Shown here: in pieces, positions 37,072 through 51,044 of the stretch
Numbering within the stretch: position 1 is the first letter of the stretch
Layout: each line of letters begins with the position of its first letter
Origin: Lama guanicoe
Taxonomy: Eukaryota
Assembly: GCA_013239625.1 (NCBI GenBank)
Contig: MU053410.1
Coordinates: 13,451 to 77,450, forward strand
DNA length: 64,000 nt
Reading direction: 5' to 3'
Position numbers and translations under genes: made by a program
Notes under the pieces: generated by a model
Seen by the model: only the letters and a program-made list of their open reading frames with translations
Databases searched by the model: none
What the model was told of the DNA's origin: nothing

Positions 37072-38816
37072 CCTTGCTGTCCATTTCATTGGTACAGTTG
37101 TTCATAGTAGCCTCTTATGATCCTTTGTATTTCTGTGGTGTCAGTTGTAACATCTGCTTTTTCACTTTTGATTTTATAGATTTGAGCCCTCTCCCTTTTT
37201 TCTTGATGAGTCTGGCTAAAGGTTTATCAGTTTTGTTTGTCTTTTCAAAGAACCAGCTTTTAGTTTCATTCATCTTTTCTTTCTTTTTTTTTTAAGTCTC
37301 TTTCATTTATTTCTCCTCTGACCTTTATGACTTTTTTCCTTCCCCTAACTTTGAGTTTTGTTTTTTCTTCTTTCTCTAATTGCTTTAGGTTATAAGGTTA
37401 GGTTGTTTATTTGAGATTTTTCTTATTTCCTGAGGTAGACTTGTATCACTATAAACTTCCCTCTTAGAACAGCTCTTGCTGTATCTCATAAGTTTTGGAT
37501 TGTCGTGTTTTTATTTTGGTTTGTCTTTAGGTATTTTTAAATTTTTTTCTTTGATTTCTTCAGTGATCCATTGGTTGTTTAGTAGCATGTTGCTTCGCCT
37601 CACATATTTGTATTTTTGCATTTTTTTCCCTTATAGTTGATTTCTAATCTCATAGCATTGTGGTCAGAAAAGATGCTTGATATAATTTCAGATATCTTAC
37701 ATTTGTCTAGGCTTGCTTTGTGGCTCAGGATGTGATCTGTCCTGGAGAATGTTCCATGTCACTTGAAAAGAATGTTTATTCTGCTGCTTTTGGAATGGAA
37801 TGCCCTGTAAATACCAGTTAAGCCCCTAATGTATCATTTCAGGCTTGTGTTTCCTTACTGATTTTCTGTCTGGGTGACCTATTGGTGTGAGTTTGGTGTT
37901 AAAGTCCCCCCTATATATTGTGTTACTGTCAACTTCTCCCTTTATGTCTGTTAACATTTGCCTTTTGTATTGAGGTGCACCTATGTTGGGTGCATGTATA
38001 TTAACAATTGTTACACCTTTTTCTTGGATTGACCCCTTGATCATTATGTGGTGTCCTTCTTTGTCTCTTATAACAGTCTTTAAAGTCTGTTTGGCCTGAT
38101 GTAAATATTGCTATTCCAGCTTTCTTTTGGTTTCCATTTGCATGAAATACCTTTTTCCTCCCTCTCACTTTCAGTCTGTATGACTCTAGCCCTGAAGTGA
38201 GTCTCTTATTGACAGCATATATACAGGTCTTGTTTTTGTATCCATTCAGCCAGTCTGTATCTTTTGGTTGGAGCATTTAGTCTGTTTATGTTGAAGGTAA
38301 TTATTGATACGTGTATTCTTACTGCCATTTTGTTAATTTGTTTTGAATTTGTTTTTTAGGTCTTTTTTTCATCTTTTGCTCTCTTTTGTGATTTGATGAC
38401 TATCTTTAGTGTACATTTGGATTCTCTCTTCTATGTGTGTATCTGTTATGTATTTTTGGTTTGCGGTTCGCATGAGGTCTTGGTATAGCAGTCTATGTAT
38501 AGACACATGATTGCTGTAAGTTGCTGCCCTCTTAATTTCAAATGCACTTTAAATGCCCTGCATTTGTACTTTCCTCGCCTCGTGATTACTGTTTTTGATA
38601 TCATATTTTACATTTAATTATTTGTGTATCCCTTTAACTGCTTACTGTGGATATAGAAGATTTTACTACTTTTGTCTTTTAACCTTTTTAGTTTGTGTGT
38701 GCATCATTTCCTATGTTTTTTGTATGTCTGCCTTTACCAGTGAGCTTTTCCATTTCATAGTTTTCTTGTTTCTAGTTGTGGCCTTTTTTTGCCTATAGAA
38801 GTTTCTTTAGCATTTG
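37072..38816 (-). mobile_element. LINE-1 endonuclease fragment, antisense, copy B (uninterrupted)
   Basis: Same motifs; continuous L1 sequence across 37294-37843. Confidence 0.9.
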
Positions 38817-40186
38817 TCAGGGCTAGGTGCAGGTTTAGGGTTAGGTTGAGGGTTAGGGCTAGGTGCTGGGTTAGGGCTAGGTTCAGAGTGAGGACTCGGT
38901 GCAGGTGTAGTACTATTTGCAGGGTTTCGGCTATGTTCAAGGTCAGGGCTTAGTGCAGGGTGGGGGCTAGGTTCAGGGTTAGGGCTAGGTGCAGGGTGAG
39001 GGCTAGGTTCAGGGTTACGGCTTGTTTCAGTGTTCGTGCTAGTTTGAGGTTTGCTTAGAGCTAGTTTGAGGGTTAGAACCAGGTTCAAGTTTAGGGGTAG
39101 GTTCAGGTATAGGGCTATGTATAGGGTTAGGGCTAGGGGCAGGGGCAGGGCTAGGTGCAGGTTTAGGGCTTTGTGATGTCTTAGGGCTTGTTTCATTTCA
39201 GGTTTAGTACGAGTTGCAGGGTTAGGGCTATGTTCAAGGTTACGGCCCAGTGCAGGGGTAGGGCTAGGAGCAGGGTTAGGGCTAGGATTAAAATTAGATA
39301 CAGTTCAGGGTGAGGGCTAGGAGCAGATTTAAGTCTAGATTATGGGTTAGGGCTAGTTTCAGGGATAGGTTTATGTTCAGTTTTAGGGCCATGTTCAGGT
39401 TCAGGGCAAGGTGCAGACTGATGGCTACGTCCAGGGTTAGGTCTAGTTGCAGGGTAAGTGCTGAGTTCAGGGGTAGGTTTAAGTGCAGTGTTAGGGCTAG
39501 GTTTAGGGTTAGGGCTAGGTGTAGGGTTATGGCTAGTTGTATGGTTAGGTCTAGATTCTTTGTTAGGGCTAGGTGCAGGTTTAGGGCTAGTTTCAAGGTG
39601 AGGGCTATGTCCAGGGTTAGGGCTGGTTTCAGGTTTAGGTCTAGATTCAGGGTTGGATCTAGTTTCAGGGTTAGGGTTAGGTTTGGGTGAGGGCTCGGTT
39701 CAGGGTTACGGCTACTTTCCGGGTAACGGCGAGGTTCAGGGCTAGGCCTCTGTTTGGGTTAGGGCTAGGTTCATGTTTAGGGCTAGGTGCACGGTTACGG
39801 CTAGGTTCAGGGTTACGGCTAGGTTGAGGGTAGGGCTAGGAGCAGGGGTATTGCTATGGGAAGGTTTAGGGCTATGTTCAGGGTTAGGGCTAGGTTCACT
39901 GTCAGGGCTAAGTGCAAGGTTAGGGCTAAGTGCAAGGTTAGGATTAGGTGCACTGTTACGGCTAGATGCAGGGTGAGGGATAGGTGCAGGTTAGGGCTAG
40001 GTTAAGGATTAGGGCTAGGTGCAGTGTTAGGTCTATGTTATACAATGGGGCTAGGTTCAGCCTTAAGGCTAGGTTCACTGTTAGTTCTAGGTACAGGGTT
40101 AGGGCTATATTTAGTTTTAAGGCTAGGTTCGAAATTAGGGCTATATTCAGGTTTACATCAACGTTCAGTGTTAGGCCTAGGTGCAT
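38817..40186 (+). repeat. Degenerate telomere-like 18-mer satellite, second copy
   Basis: Same array at offset 19326. Confidence 0.9.
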
Positions 40187-40195
40187 TGTTACCCA

Positions 40196-40976
40196 CTCGG
40201 TGTCTGGGTGGGTGGCATTGGGGGTGGGAACTCTGCTGGCCAGTCCTGGGCCATGGGGGTGGACAAGCCCTACCGCCTCACGGCCCGGCCTCGCATAGCG
40301 GGGCTCGGCCCCTCTCGGAGGCACTGGCCTTGTCTCGTAGTGCGGGAGCCCCAGCCCGAGCGTTCCCGCTACCGGTGGGAGGGGCGGGGGGGGGGCAAGT
40401 GCAGGCGCGCGCACGCACGCGCGAAGGCGCAGGAGCCCGCCCAGAGTGTGCGGGAGCTGGACCAGAGCCGGGTAGAGCTGGACCAGAGCCGGGTGCTCCT
40501 GGACCAGCTCCCCGAGGAGGAACACGGCCCGGGGCCCGGGCCGCCTCGTGCCTTCACCTCTGCTGCTGCTGTCACCTGGCAGGTAAGGGGGCGCTGGTGG
40601 GGGCGCGCAGGTTGGGGAGCCGGTGGGTTGCGGCCTGGGCTGCGCGGGGGAGGCGCACAAGGAGGGCTGTGGAGGTGAGGCCTGGGCCGCGCGGCCCATT
40701 AGGCCCCTGAGGTGGGTCCGGGGCCGCCGCCCTGGTTCGTGGTACATCGCCCCCGCCATTAGTAGTCACTGGACCCCGGTGTCTTCATCGCTGCTCACAC
40801 GTGGGTTTGGGAAAGCGGGAGCAGTCTCGGGAGGTGGGAGGGCGCCGGACTGGCCTTGGAGCACCTCCGACTGGCCCTCAGGCCATGGCCTTCCTGCTTA
40901 GGTGGGCCTGCCTGGCGACTGCAGGCCGCCCTGGACCCTCCAGGATGGAATAACGGCGAGGCCAGGGCTTTTGGGA
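40196..40976 (+). promoter_or_regulatory. CpG island 1 at the B/C junction
   Basis: Same island at offset 19326; donor at 40582/40583. Confidence 0.7.
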
Positions 40977-41909
40977 ACATGTCGGTCTGCCCCCGAGATC
41001 AAAATGTTTTGTCAAGTTTAGGTTTAGTTAGTCTTTGGAAGAATCTCCAAACTGTTTTTCACAGCGGCTACGCCAAACTGCATTGCCATCAACAGTGTAG
41101 GAGGGCCCCCTTCTCTCCACAGCCTCTCCAGCGTTTCTTCTTTGTGAACTTTTGTTGAATGATGAACTTTCTGACTGTGTGTGTGAGGTGATACCTCCTA
41201 GTTTTGATTTGCATTTCTCTGATAAGGAGAGATATTGAGCATTGTTTTCGTGTGCCTGTTGGCCATTTGTTTGTCTTCACTGGAGAAATGCGTGTTCAGG
41301 TCTTCTGCCCGTGTTTGGATTGGGGTGTTTGTGTTTTGGTTATTAAGTTGTATGCGGTGATTATGTAGCCTAGAAATTAAGCCTTTGTCAGTCGAATCGT
41401 TTGCAAATATTTTCTCCCATTCAGTAGGTTGTCTTTTTGTTTTGCTTATGGTTCCCTTTGCGGTGCGGAAGCTTGTGAGCCCAGCTAGGTCCCATGTGTG
41501 TGTTTGCTTGTGCTTTTCTTTCTGGTGCTGGGGTAGACTGCCCTAGGAGCACATTGCTGAGATGTATGTGAGATAATGTGTTGCCTATGGTTTCTTCTAA
41601 GAGGTTTATAGATTCTGGTCTTCTGTTTAAGTCTTTAAGCTATTTTGAGTTTATTTCTGTGTATGGTGTTAGGCAGTCATCTGACTTCATTGACAATTCA
41701 TGGGTGTGATGGAGAAGCCATATGTTGCCGTTGTAAGTAGAGTATCAATTAGCCTCAAGAAAGAAGGGCTCCTGACCATTAGAAATGGGGAGACAAAAGC
41801 CGCCTGGCATCCTGGTGGGTAGAGGGGTGGGCAGTTAGATGAGGATGCAGGGAAAGAGAGCTGGCTCACATTCAGACATGATGGTGACCACGCACCCTTC
41901 CTCCTGCAG

Positions 41910-42187
41910 AAAATCTCACGTCCTGGAGAACTACCGGGTTTTGTTAGGAAACACCCAGCTGTACCAGCACACCAGGCACACCCAGAAGTTACCTGTGAGC
42001 CAGATTATCGTGTACCCAGACTTTGATAAATTTCACCCTTTTGGGAATGACATAGCCATGTTGCAGCTGCTCTTTCCTGTGAACGTCACCTCCCACATCA
42101 TCCCCTCCTGCCTCCCAGCTCCTGGCATGCAGCTGCCCAGTAACTCGTCCTGCTGGATAACGGGCTGGGGCATGCTCAGTGAGGAAA
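41910..42187 (+). CDS. PRSS47: PRSS47-like Asp exon, copy C
   Basis: As 1494-1771. Confidence 0.8.
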
Positions 42188-43044
42188 GTAAGGGGGCATG
42201 GGAGAGGCCAGGGGGCAGATGAGGGTGGGGAGGAGGGGCAGGGAGGGGAGAAGGACAGAGGGGTCCCCAGGCAAAGTGGCCGCTGGACCTTGGCTTGCCG
42301 TGCCTCATTTCCAGAGGACCGGACTAGTCTAGTTCTAGTTCTGAAAGTGTGTGATCCTAAAGCTTCAGTGCTCTCTGAGTCCAGATCTCCGCAAGTCTGG
42401 GAATCTGAGTTTTGGACTCAAGAATTGGGTTCTTGGAGTCTTTCTAAGGCTTGACTCCAAGATTTTAATCAACCATGGATGTCAGATGACTTGATTCAAC
42501 TCAGAAGTCATGGCTGGGGCCTGGACCATTCCAAGCCACTGACAAACACTCCTATTTCCCATTGCCATAGGAGGCACTTAGGAAAACTGGAGAGAAAACA
42601 CATTTATGAACTCTGACCTCTGACCTCTGAGCCTGCAGGATCAACTTAGAATAATTATGACCTGAGAGTGTTTGGCCTCTCTGAAGCTCGCTGTGCTGTC
42701 CTTCCAACACAGGTCAACTATCTACTTTGTAGGCTTATTCGGTGAACTGAATAATGCAGGAAAAAGTTTGTGTTTTTTAGGGTTGAAAAAGGAGAAGTGT
42801 AGGCAAAGATTTATAAGCAAGAGTCTTTATTAAAGAAAGGAATGTTCATGGTTTGGGGAAATGCGTACAGTGCAAAATTAAGTGGAAAAAGCACATATAT
42901 TTGTAATTATTTGGTACAGTGTTTCTCAGCAGAGGTGCTGCAGGCATTTTGGATGGACCGTATCTTCACTGGGTAGGATGCACCTGTTAGTGTGTCAGTA
43001 ACTCTCCCTGTCATAGGACAACCAGGTCCCCAGTATTCCCACAC

Positions 43045-43090
<46 letters not shown>

Positions 43091-44457
43091 TACTCACACC
43101 AACACAGCACACCATGCTCACATCCACAAATACACACACAGAGACTGCTTCCCCTTGAGGGCAGGGACCCTGTCTTGCTGGTTTAATGTCCCAGCCTGTG
43201 CCCAGGGCCTGGCCCTGGCAGGTGCTCTGCTGCTGCCCCTGGGTCCCAGAGACCGTCATTCTTGCCTGCACCTCCAGACCGGTCTCCAGCTCCACCCTGT
43301 GTGCTCTGCTTTAGTCCCCACCAGCTGAATGTTTGCTTCAGAGCAGGGGTCGTGCCAGTCCCCTGCTCACTACCCTCAGTGCCTCCTCACTTATGCTTCG
43401 AAAAAGGTCTAGACGCCCTACCTCGGCTCTGCATAACAGCCTCCATCCCTCTGTGCTTATCTCCTGCTGCGTCCCTTGCTGGAGCCTGCCCAGCCGCAGG
43501 CCTCCTTCCTTCTGTGAATGTGCCACAGCCACTCCCTGATCGGGCCGTCGCCGAGGCTGGGCTCCCGGCCCCGCTTGCTCTCCCTGCTCTCCTGGGCACG
43601 ACTTGCTCATCTTGGCAGGACTCATTCCTTTACATGAACAACTCGGCTCCTCCTCTGAGGAGTTTTACTGGATCACATGAGCTAAAATAGACAACCCCTA
43701 ACACCACAGCTCCCTGTTGCCTTTACACCACTTATTAGATCTAAAATCATTCTACTATTCACTTCACTTCCCCGTCTCCCCCAACTGAGTATGTTCCTCT
43801 GTATCACTAGTGTCTAAAAGACACTAAACACGAGGACAGATGAATAAGGGAGTGAGCAGATGGGAGGATGGATTGGGGAGGGGGAGGGGGGAGGATGAGT
43901 GAGGGGAAGGGAAGATGGGGGGTGCGTAGGTGAGAGGATGGTGGGCAGACAGATGGAGTGAGTGGACACATCAGTAGGTGGAGGGGAGAATGGAGAGATG
44001 GGTCAAAAGATGGGTGGATGGGCAAATGGATGGAAGGGTGAGTGGGTGAACAGGACAAAAGGAGAGCTAGGTAGATGGAGGGAGGATTGGTGGGTAGAAG
44101 GAAAGGTTAGTGATAGACAAGTGGAGAATGGATGGGATGGTTTGAGAAAGGGTAGGAAGGCTGGTGAGTGGTTGCTGATCGCCCGGGTAGGGTATGTGTT
44201 GGGATTTGCGGAATAGAAGAGGTGTGGTCTGTTGCCATGAGGGAGGTAGAGGGAATAGGTTGAGTTTGGAGGAGTTCAGGAAACAGGAGGGGGCTTCTTA
44301 GGCAGAGGTAGAACTGGAACAGCGCTGCAGACCCAGCTGTGCCGAGACAACCCTGGGCTCGGGGCGCAGCGGCGAGCAGGGAGGAGGAGCGGGGAGCGCG
44401 GAGCAGCCCAGAGCTGAGCTGCAGCACCGTTCACTCAACTCCTCCTCGTCCTCGCAG

Positions 44458-44624
44458 GGCCTCTGCTCGAGCCCTTCCGTCTCCAGGAGGGGAAGGTGGG
44501 CCTCGTTGAGAACAAGTTCTGCAATATGTTATATGAACAAAGAGTTGGCCAAGGCAGGAACTACTCTGTGCATGAGGAGATGCTGTGTGCTGGGGACTTC
44601 TCGACAGGAAAGGCCATCTGCTGC
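44458..44624 (+). CDS. PRSS47: PRSS47-like exon, copy C
   Basis: As 4048-4214. Confidence 0.8.
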
Positions 44625-47288
44625 GTGAGTGAGGCCATTTCTGTTCCTCCCTTGCGTGTTCTCAGGGCCTCAGTTTCCCTGGGGATGGGGGGGGTGTTGC
44701 CTCTGCTCTCCTTGTGGAGACCCCCAGGACGTCCTGCTTCCTCCCTCTCCGTGTCTTCCCGGGGCTCCAGCCCTTGGCAGCGTTCCCCCGGCTGCCCCTT
44801 CCTGAGCCCATTGTCCCTGAGGGCGTTACTGGCAGGACCTCAGACAGCGTCTGTTTTTGAGGCCTATTTTACAGTTTTGATTGAGGTGTAACATACTTAC
44901 AAAAAAGTATATTCATAGTGTTGTCATAGGTGAGTGGTGGGCGAATCTTCACATAGTGACGCAACATGTGACCAACACCCCGGGGCCCCACTCGTGTCCC
45001 TTTCCAGTCACCAGCACTCAGGGGAAACCGCCACCTTCACTTGCAACACCTCAGATTAGATCATGGGTTTTCTGTAAGTAGCATTTATTTCCAGTTGTCA
45101 GTCTTTCATGGTCACATTCTGTGTGTGAGCTGCATGCCTGCTGCTGCCTATAGTTAGTTTGTTCATCCTCGTCGCCTTCCAGGACTCTGCTGGAGGCACT
45201 GAATTCTGTGGTCAGTTCTGCTTCTGATGGGTATTCTAGCAGTTTCCAAGCTGTCCGTTTCATTTCGCTTCCAAATGTTTCATATAGTCCATTCCATAGA
45301 AGCCCATGAGGAGAACTGTTGGATGAAGAGGTATGCGTGTGTTCAGCTCTGGCAGATGCTACCAGACACCTCCAAAGTGCTTGCCACAGGCCCCCCTCCA
45401 GCAGTGGGTGAGGCTCTGTGTCCTCGCCGACACTTGGCACTTTCCGTCTTTTCTCATTTTGATATCTTATTGTGGTTTTAATCTTCATTTTCATTAAATG
45501 TATTTTCGTATGTTTATTGTCATTGGATGTCTTCTTCTGTAAAGCTTCCCTTCCAGTTCTCTCCCCTCTCATCTTCCTCTTGGGCTGTCTGTCTTTTCCT
45601 TGAGGGGCTCTTGGTATATTTGTATATTTTTCTATATTCCGATATGAGTCCGCTGTTGGTTATATGGAGTGTGAAGCTCTCTTTCTGCTCTTTGTCGTGC
45701 CCCATGTTGTAAGTGGGCAGACAGGCCCAGAGAAGGAAAGTGGTACCCTAAAACAAGGCAGTCCAACCTGACTCCAAACCCACTGCCTCCCCCACAGGGC
45801 CCAGCCTCCCATGCTCACATCACATCTTTCACACAGACGGCACCGTGGGGTGGAGGGGAGAGTGTTGGGCTCTGGAGTTAGAGACACTGCTCTGCCACGT
45901 GTCCCTGCCCTGTGACCTCCAGCGGTCTTTTCACCTCCTGAGCCTGTGTCTTCGTTTGCAGTGTGGGATTCGGAGGCCTCCTTCGTGGCATTATGGAAAG
46001 GATAGTGCAATGAGTTGGATAATGTCCCCTAAATTTGTATCCACTTGGAAACTCAGAATATGACCTGTATTGGAAATAGAGGCTTTCCAGATGTGACTAG
46101 ATAAGAATCTCGAGATGACACCACTCTGAATTTGCAGTGGGCCCTGAATCCAATGACTTGTGTTCTTATAGGAACAGAGACAGACACAGAGACGCTTGGT
46201 GTCAGACTTCCGGCTCCCAGAATCATGAGGGGTCGCATTTCTGTTGTTTGCAGAGTCACTCAGTTTGGGGTGATATGCTGTGGCACCCCAGGACACCCAC
46301 ACGGGAGGGGTGAGGTGCGCCTGGCCCATGGGAGGGCCGCGCTGATGGCAGGTTCCATGATGGCCCAGTGAGCTGCTGAGCCCGAGGGGGAAGCTTGGCC
46401 ACCTGCCCCCTTGGTAGGAGGCGGACCCAGGTTTCCCGGTGCCCAGGCCCTAACCAGTGGTGTGGGCTTTCTGACTGTCTGGCCTGGCCTGTCCTTCTGA
46501 CGGAGTCAGCTGCACCTAGAGGTGAAACAAAGGGCTCAGCACTCAGCCTCCCAAGTCCCCATCTGGCTGTCACCCTGGACCCCACTTCCAGCCTTGTCCC
46601 CCACCTGCCCTCCCCTGCAGAGGCCAAGCCCATGGAGCGCAGGGCTGGAGCCCTCTGTCTGCTTGCCCGCCGGACATGCACAGTGGCCCTCAACCTCGCT
46701 GCTCCTCTAGTTCCCCCCGGCTTGAGGACACCACTGAGCTGGACACCCAGGAGTCCCAGCAGGTGACCCCCTCCTGCCTCCCTCAGCCTTTCTGTCACCC
46801 AAGCCCACCTGAGAGATTCCTTCTAGATTCATCTTCTGCCACGTCACCTGCTCTGGCGCCCACCCTGCAACCCGGGGCTCTCTTCTCTCCCCTAAAGTGT
46901 CCCTCCCCCTGCACAGGGCCCCCAGAAACAGGTCTGAGGAGAGAAGGGCCACAGGGGCACTCAGCACTCAGACTGTGGGGCAGGACGGGCCTGGTTCCAG
47001 CCATTAATCTGTTGTTTACTGGGATTGTGGCCTCAGCTCAGTTTCCTCACCCATGAAATGGGGTCGCTAACAGCCTCCACTTAATAAGGTTCCTATAACA
47101 ATTTGCGAGCTGTGTCTGGCACTCAGTAGGTGCTTGACAAGTGTTGGCTTTCATTCTCCTGGCCTGGTCTGCCCCCCTCTATCTTAATTGTACCTGTTCT
47201 GGGCCTGTCTTAGACCTTCCTGTCACTCAAGGTGGATTCCACTGCCTGGCCCACTCAACACACACATGCAAGTGTGTCTGTGCCTGCA

Positions 47289-47335
<47 letters not shown>

Positions 47336-48074
47336 GGCTGTGTCTCTACAGCAGTGCAAACCACAGCTCACTTCGCATGGGAAATATTAGTGTTGGGGTT
47401 CCCTCTGGCTTCTGAGAGCTCCCCAGGGGCCAGAAGACTATTGGAACCCTTCCCATCTCCCCATGACTGGCCCAGAATCCATCATACTATTGGCAACCAT
47501 GTGACTCATCTGCGTGAATCTTTGAGGCCTGGAGTGGACAAGGACCAGGCCTTCCCCTGGCCTTGAGCAACCAGGAGTGGGTACACTGTGGGGAGGGCTG
47601 AGAGCACTCCAGGCAGGGACCACAGAGGGGAGGAGCTGAGAGGATGTTGGCACATTCCCTATCTCCAAGAAGCCCCATGTATGACCCTCTTGGGGCTGCT
47701 GAGACAAACCTCAAACTGGGTGGCTAAAATTACAGAAATTTATTATCTTAGGTTTCTGATGGTCAAAGGTCTAAAACATAGGTGCTGGCCAGGCACGTTC
47801 CTTCTGGAGGCTCTAGAGAAGAATGTTTCCTTTCTTCTTCTGGTTTTTAAGGGGCCTCCCACATTCCTTGGCTCATGGCCCCTTCCACCATCCTCAAAGC
47901 ACATTGCTCCAAACTCTGCTTCTGTCATCTTATCTCCACGTGTGACACATTTCACCTTTTCTGCTTAGCTGACTCAGGACTTAGCGGTCTGGCAATAAGC
48001 CTTGAAGCAATGTTCTCATCATTCTTCCTGACCATCTGCCTGGCGCAGTCCTTGTGTAGCCAGAAGGATCCCAG

Positions 48075-48868
48075 ACGAACACCTGTATGGCAAAAAAAAA
48101 AAAACTGGACAACTTAGAAGAAATGGACAAGTTTCTAGAAACAAACAGTCCACCAAAACTGAACCAAGAAGATATAGATCATTTGAACAGACCAATCACT
48201 AGAGGTGAAATAGAATCAACAATAAAAAAACCTCCTTGCAAACAAAGGTCCAGGACCAGACGGCTTCACTGGGGAATTTTACCAAACATACCAAGAAGAG
48301 CTCATACCAATCCTCCTCAAACGCTTCCAAAAGATTGAAAAGGAGAAAATGCTTCCAAATTCATTCTATGAAGCCACCATCACCCTGGTACCAAAGCCAG
48401 ACCAAGACACTACCTAGAAAGAAAGCTATAGGCCAATATCATTGATGTGCATAGATGCAGAAATCCTCAACGAAACATTAGCAAACAGAATCCAACAACA
48501 TGTAAAAAAAGGTCATACACCATGATCAAGTTGGGTGCATCCCCGGGACACAAGGATATTTCAACATACATGAATCAATCAATGTGATACACCACAGAGA
48601 AAGGACAAAAATCACATGATCATCTCAATAGGTGCAGAAAAACCATTGGATAAAATTGAACATTTATGGTAAAAAATCTAACCAAAGTGGGTACAGAGGG
48701 AACATATCTCAACATAATAAAAGCTACTTATGATAAACCTACAGCCAGCATAACACTCAATGGTGCAAAGCTGAAAGCCTTCCTGCTAAGATCTGGAACA
48801 AGACAAGGATGCCCACTCTCACCACTTCTATTCAGTATAGTATTGCAAGTCCTAGCCGGAGCAATTAG

Positions 48869-48914
<46 letters not shown>

Positions 48915-50971
48915 AGGGAATGAATGGGATCCAAATTGGAAGAGATGGGTAAAATTGTCATTATATGCAGATGACGTGATACTATATAGAGAAAACCCTC
49001 AAGGCTCCACACAAAAACTATTAGAGCTGATGAAAGAATTCAGCAAAGTAGCAGGATACAAGAGTAACATACAGAAATCAGTGCCATTTCTTTACACTAA
49101 CAATGAAATATCAGAAAAGGAAAGTAAGGAAACAATCCCTTTTAAAATTGCATCCAAAAACATAAAATACTTAGCAATAAGTCTGACCCAGGAAGTGAAA
49201 GACATATGTGGAGAAATACAAAACACTAAGGAAATTAAATATGACTTAAAGAAATGGAAAGATATCCCATGTTCTTAGATTGGAAGAATTAATATTGTTA
49301 AGATGGCCATACTACACAAAGCAATCTACAGTTTTAATGCCCATCCATATTAACCCAGGACACTTTTCACAGAACTACAATAAATTATCCTAAAATTTAA
49401 ATGGAATCACAAAAGACCCAGAATTGCCAAGACAATACTGAAGAAAAAGAACAAAGCTGTAGGAATAACCCTCCCAGGCTTCAGACAATGTTGTAGAGCT
49501 ACAGTAATCAAAACAGCATGGCATTTGTACAAAACCAGACATATGGATCAATGGAACAGAAGAGAGAGCCCAGAAATAAATCCACAAACTTTTGATCAAT
49601 TAATCTTTGACAAATGAGTCAAAAACATACAGTGGAATAAAGACAGTCTCTTCAGCAAATGGTGTTGGGAAAACTGGACAGCTGTATGAACATCAGTGAT
49701 GTTAGAACACTCTCTCACACCATACACAAAAATAAACTCAAAATAGCTTAAAGAGTTAAACATAAGGCAAGACACTATAAACCTCTTAGAAGAAAACATA
49801 GGCCAAACATTCTCCAACACAAATCTCAGCAATGTTCTCCTTGGGCAGTCTACCCAGGCAATAGAAGAACAAAGCAAAAGTAAACAAATGGGACCTGATT
49901 AAACTTACAAGCTTTCACACAGCAAAGGAAACCATAAACAAAACAAAGAGACAACCTATGGAATGGGAGAAAATATTTGCAAAACATGAGACTGACAGGG
50001 GCCTAAACTCCAGAATATATGAACAGCTCATACAACTTAATAAGAAAAAACAAACAACCCAATCCAAAAATGGGCAGAAGACCTAAACAAACAATTCTCC
50101 AGTGAAAACATACAAATAGCCAATAGGCACATGAAAAAATGCTCCACATCATTAATTATTAGAGAAATGCAAATCAAAACTACTATGAGATATCACCTCA
50201 CATTAGTCAGAAGAACTGTTATTCAGGAGTACACAAAGGATAAATGCTGGAGAGGCTGTGGAGAAAAGAGAACCCTCCTGCACCGCTGGTGGAATGTCAT
50301 TTGGTGTCGCTGTTACAGAAAACAGTATGGAGATTCCTCAAAAGACTAAAAACAGACTTTCCCTATGATCCAGAAATCCCACTTTTGGGCATATATCCAG
50401 AGGGAACCTTAATTCAAAACGATACATTCACTCTAATGTTCATAGCAGCATTATTTACAATAGTCAAGATGTGGAAACAACCTAAATGTCCATCGACAGA
50501 TGACTGGATAAAGAAGTGGTATGTTATACAATGGAATACTACTCAGCCATAAAAATGATAAAATTATGCCATTTGCAGCAAGAGGGATGGACCTGGAGAA
50601 TGTCATTCTAAGTTAAGCCAGAAAGAGAAAGAAAAATACCTATGATATCACTTATATGTGGAATCTTAAAAAAAAAGAGACAAATGAACTTATTTGCAAA
50701 ACAGAAACAGACTCTCAGACATAGAGGACAAACTTGTGGTTATCATGGGGGAGGGGTGGGAAGGATTAATTGGGAACTAGAGATTTATACGTATAGAACA
50801 GATAAACAAGTTCATGCTGTATCTCACAGGGAACTATATCCGATACATTACAGTAACTTACGATGAAAAATAATATGAAAACAAATATATATATGTTCAT
50901 ATATGACTGAAGCATTGTGCTGTACACCAGAAATTGACACAACCTTGTGAACTGACTATCCTTCAATAATA

Positions 50972-51018
<47 letters not shown>

Positions 51019-51044
51019 ATATACATATACACAAAAAATAAAAC
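48075..51044 (+). mobile_element. 5'-truncated LINE-1, copy C
   Basis: As copy B. TSD at 48065-48074 and 51045-51054. Confidence 0.95.

Larger units (their letters stand above)
21091..40416 (+). repeat. Tandem segmental-duplication unit B (19,326 bp, gap-free)
   Basis: Constant offset of 19326 between 18518-34632 and 37844-53958 (e.g. ORFs 22513/41839, 29340/48666, 34299/53625). Confidence 0.95.
40524..44624 (+). pseudogene. PRSS47: PRSS47-like gene fragment, copy C (candidate exon 40524-40582; exons 41910-42187 and 44458-44624)
   Basis: Same exons as copy B. Confidence 0.8.
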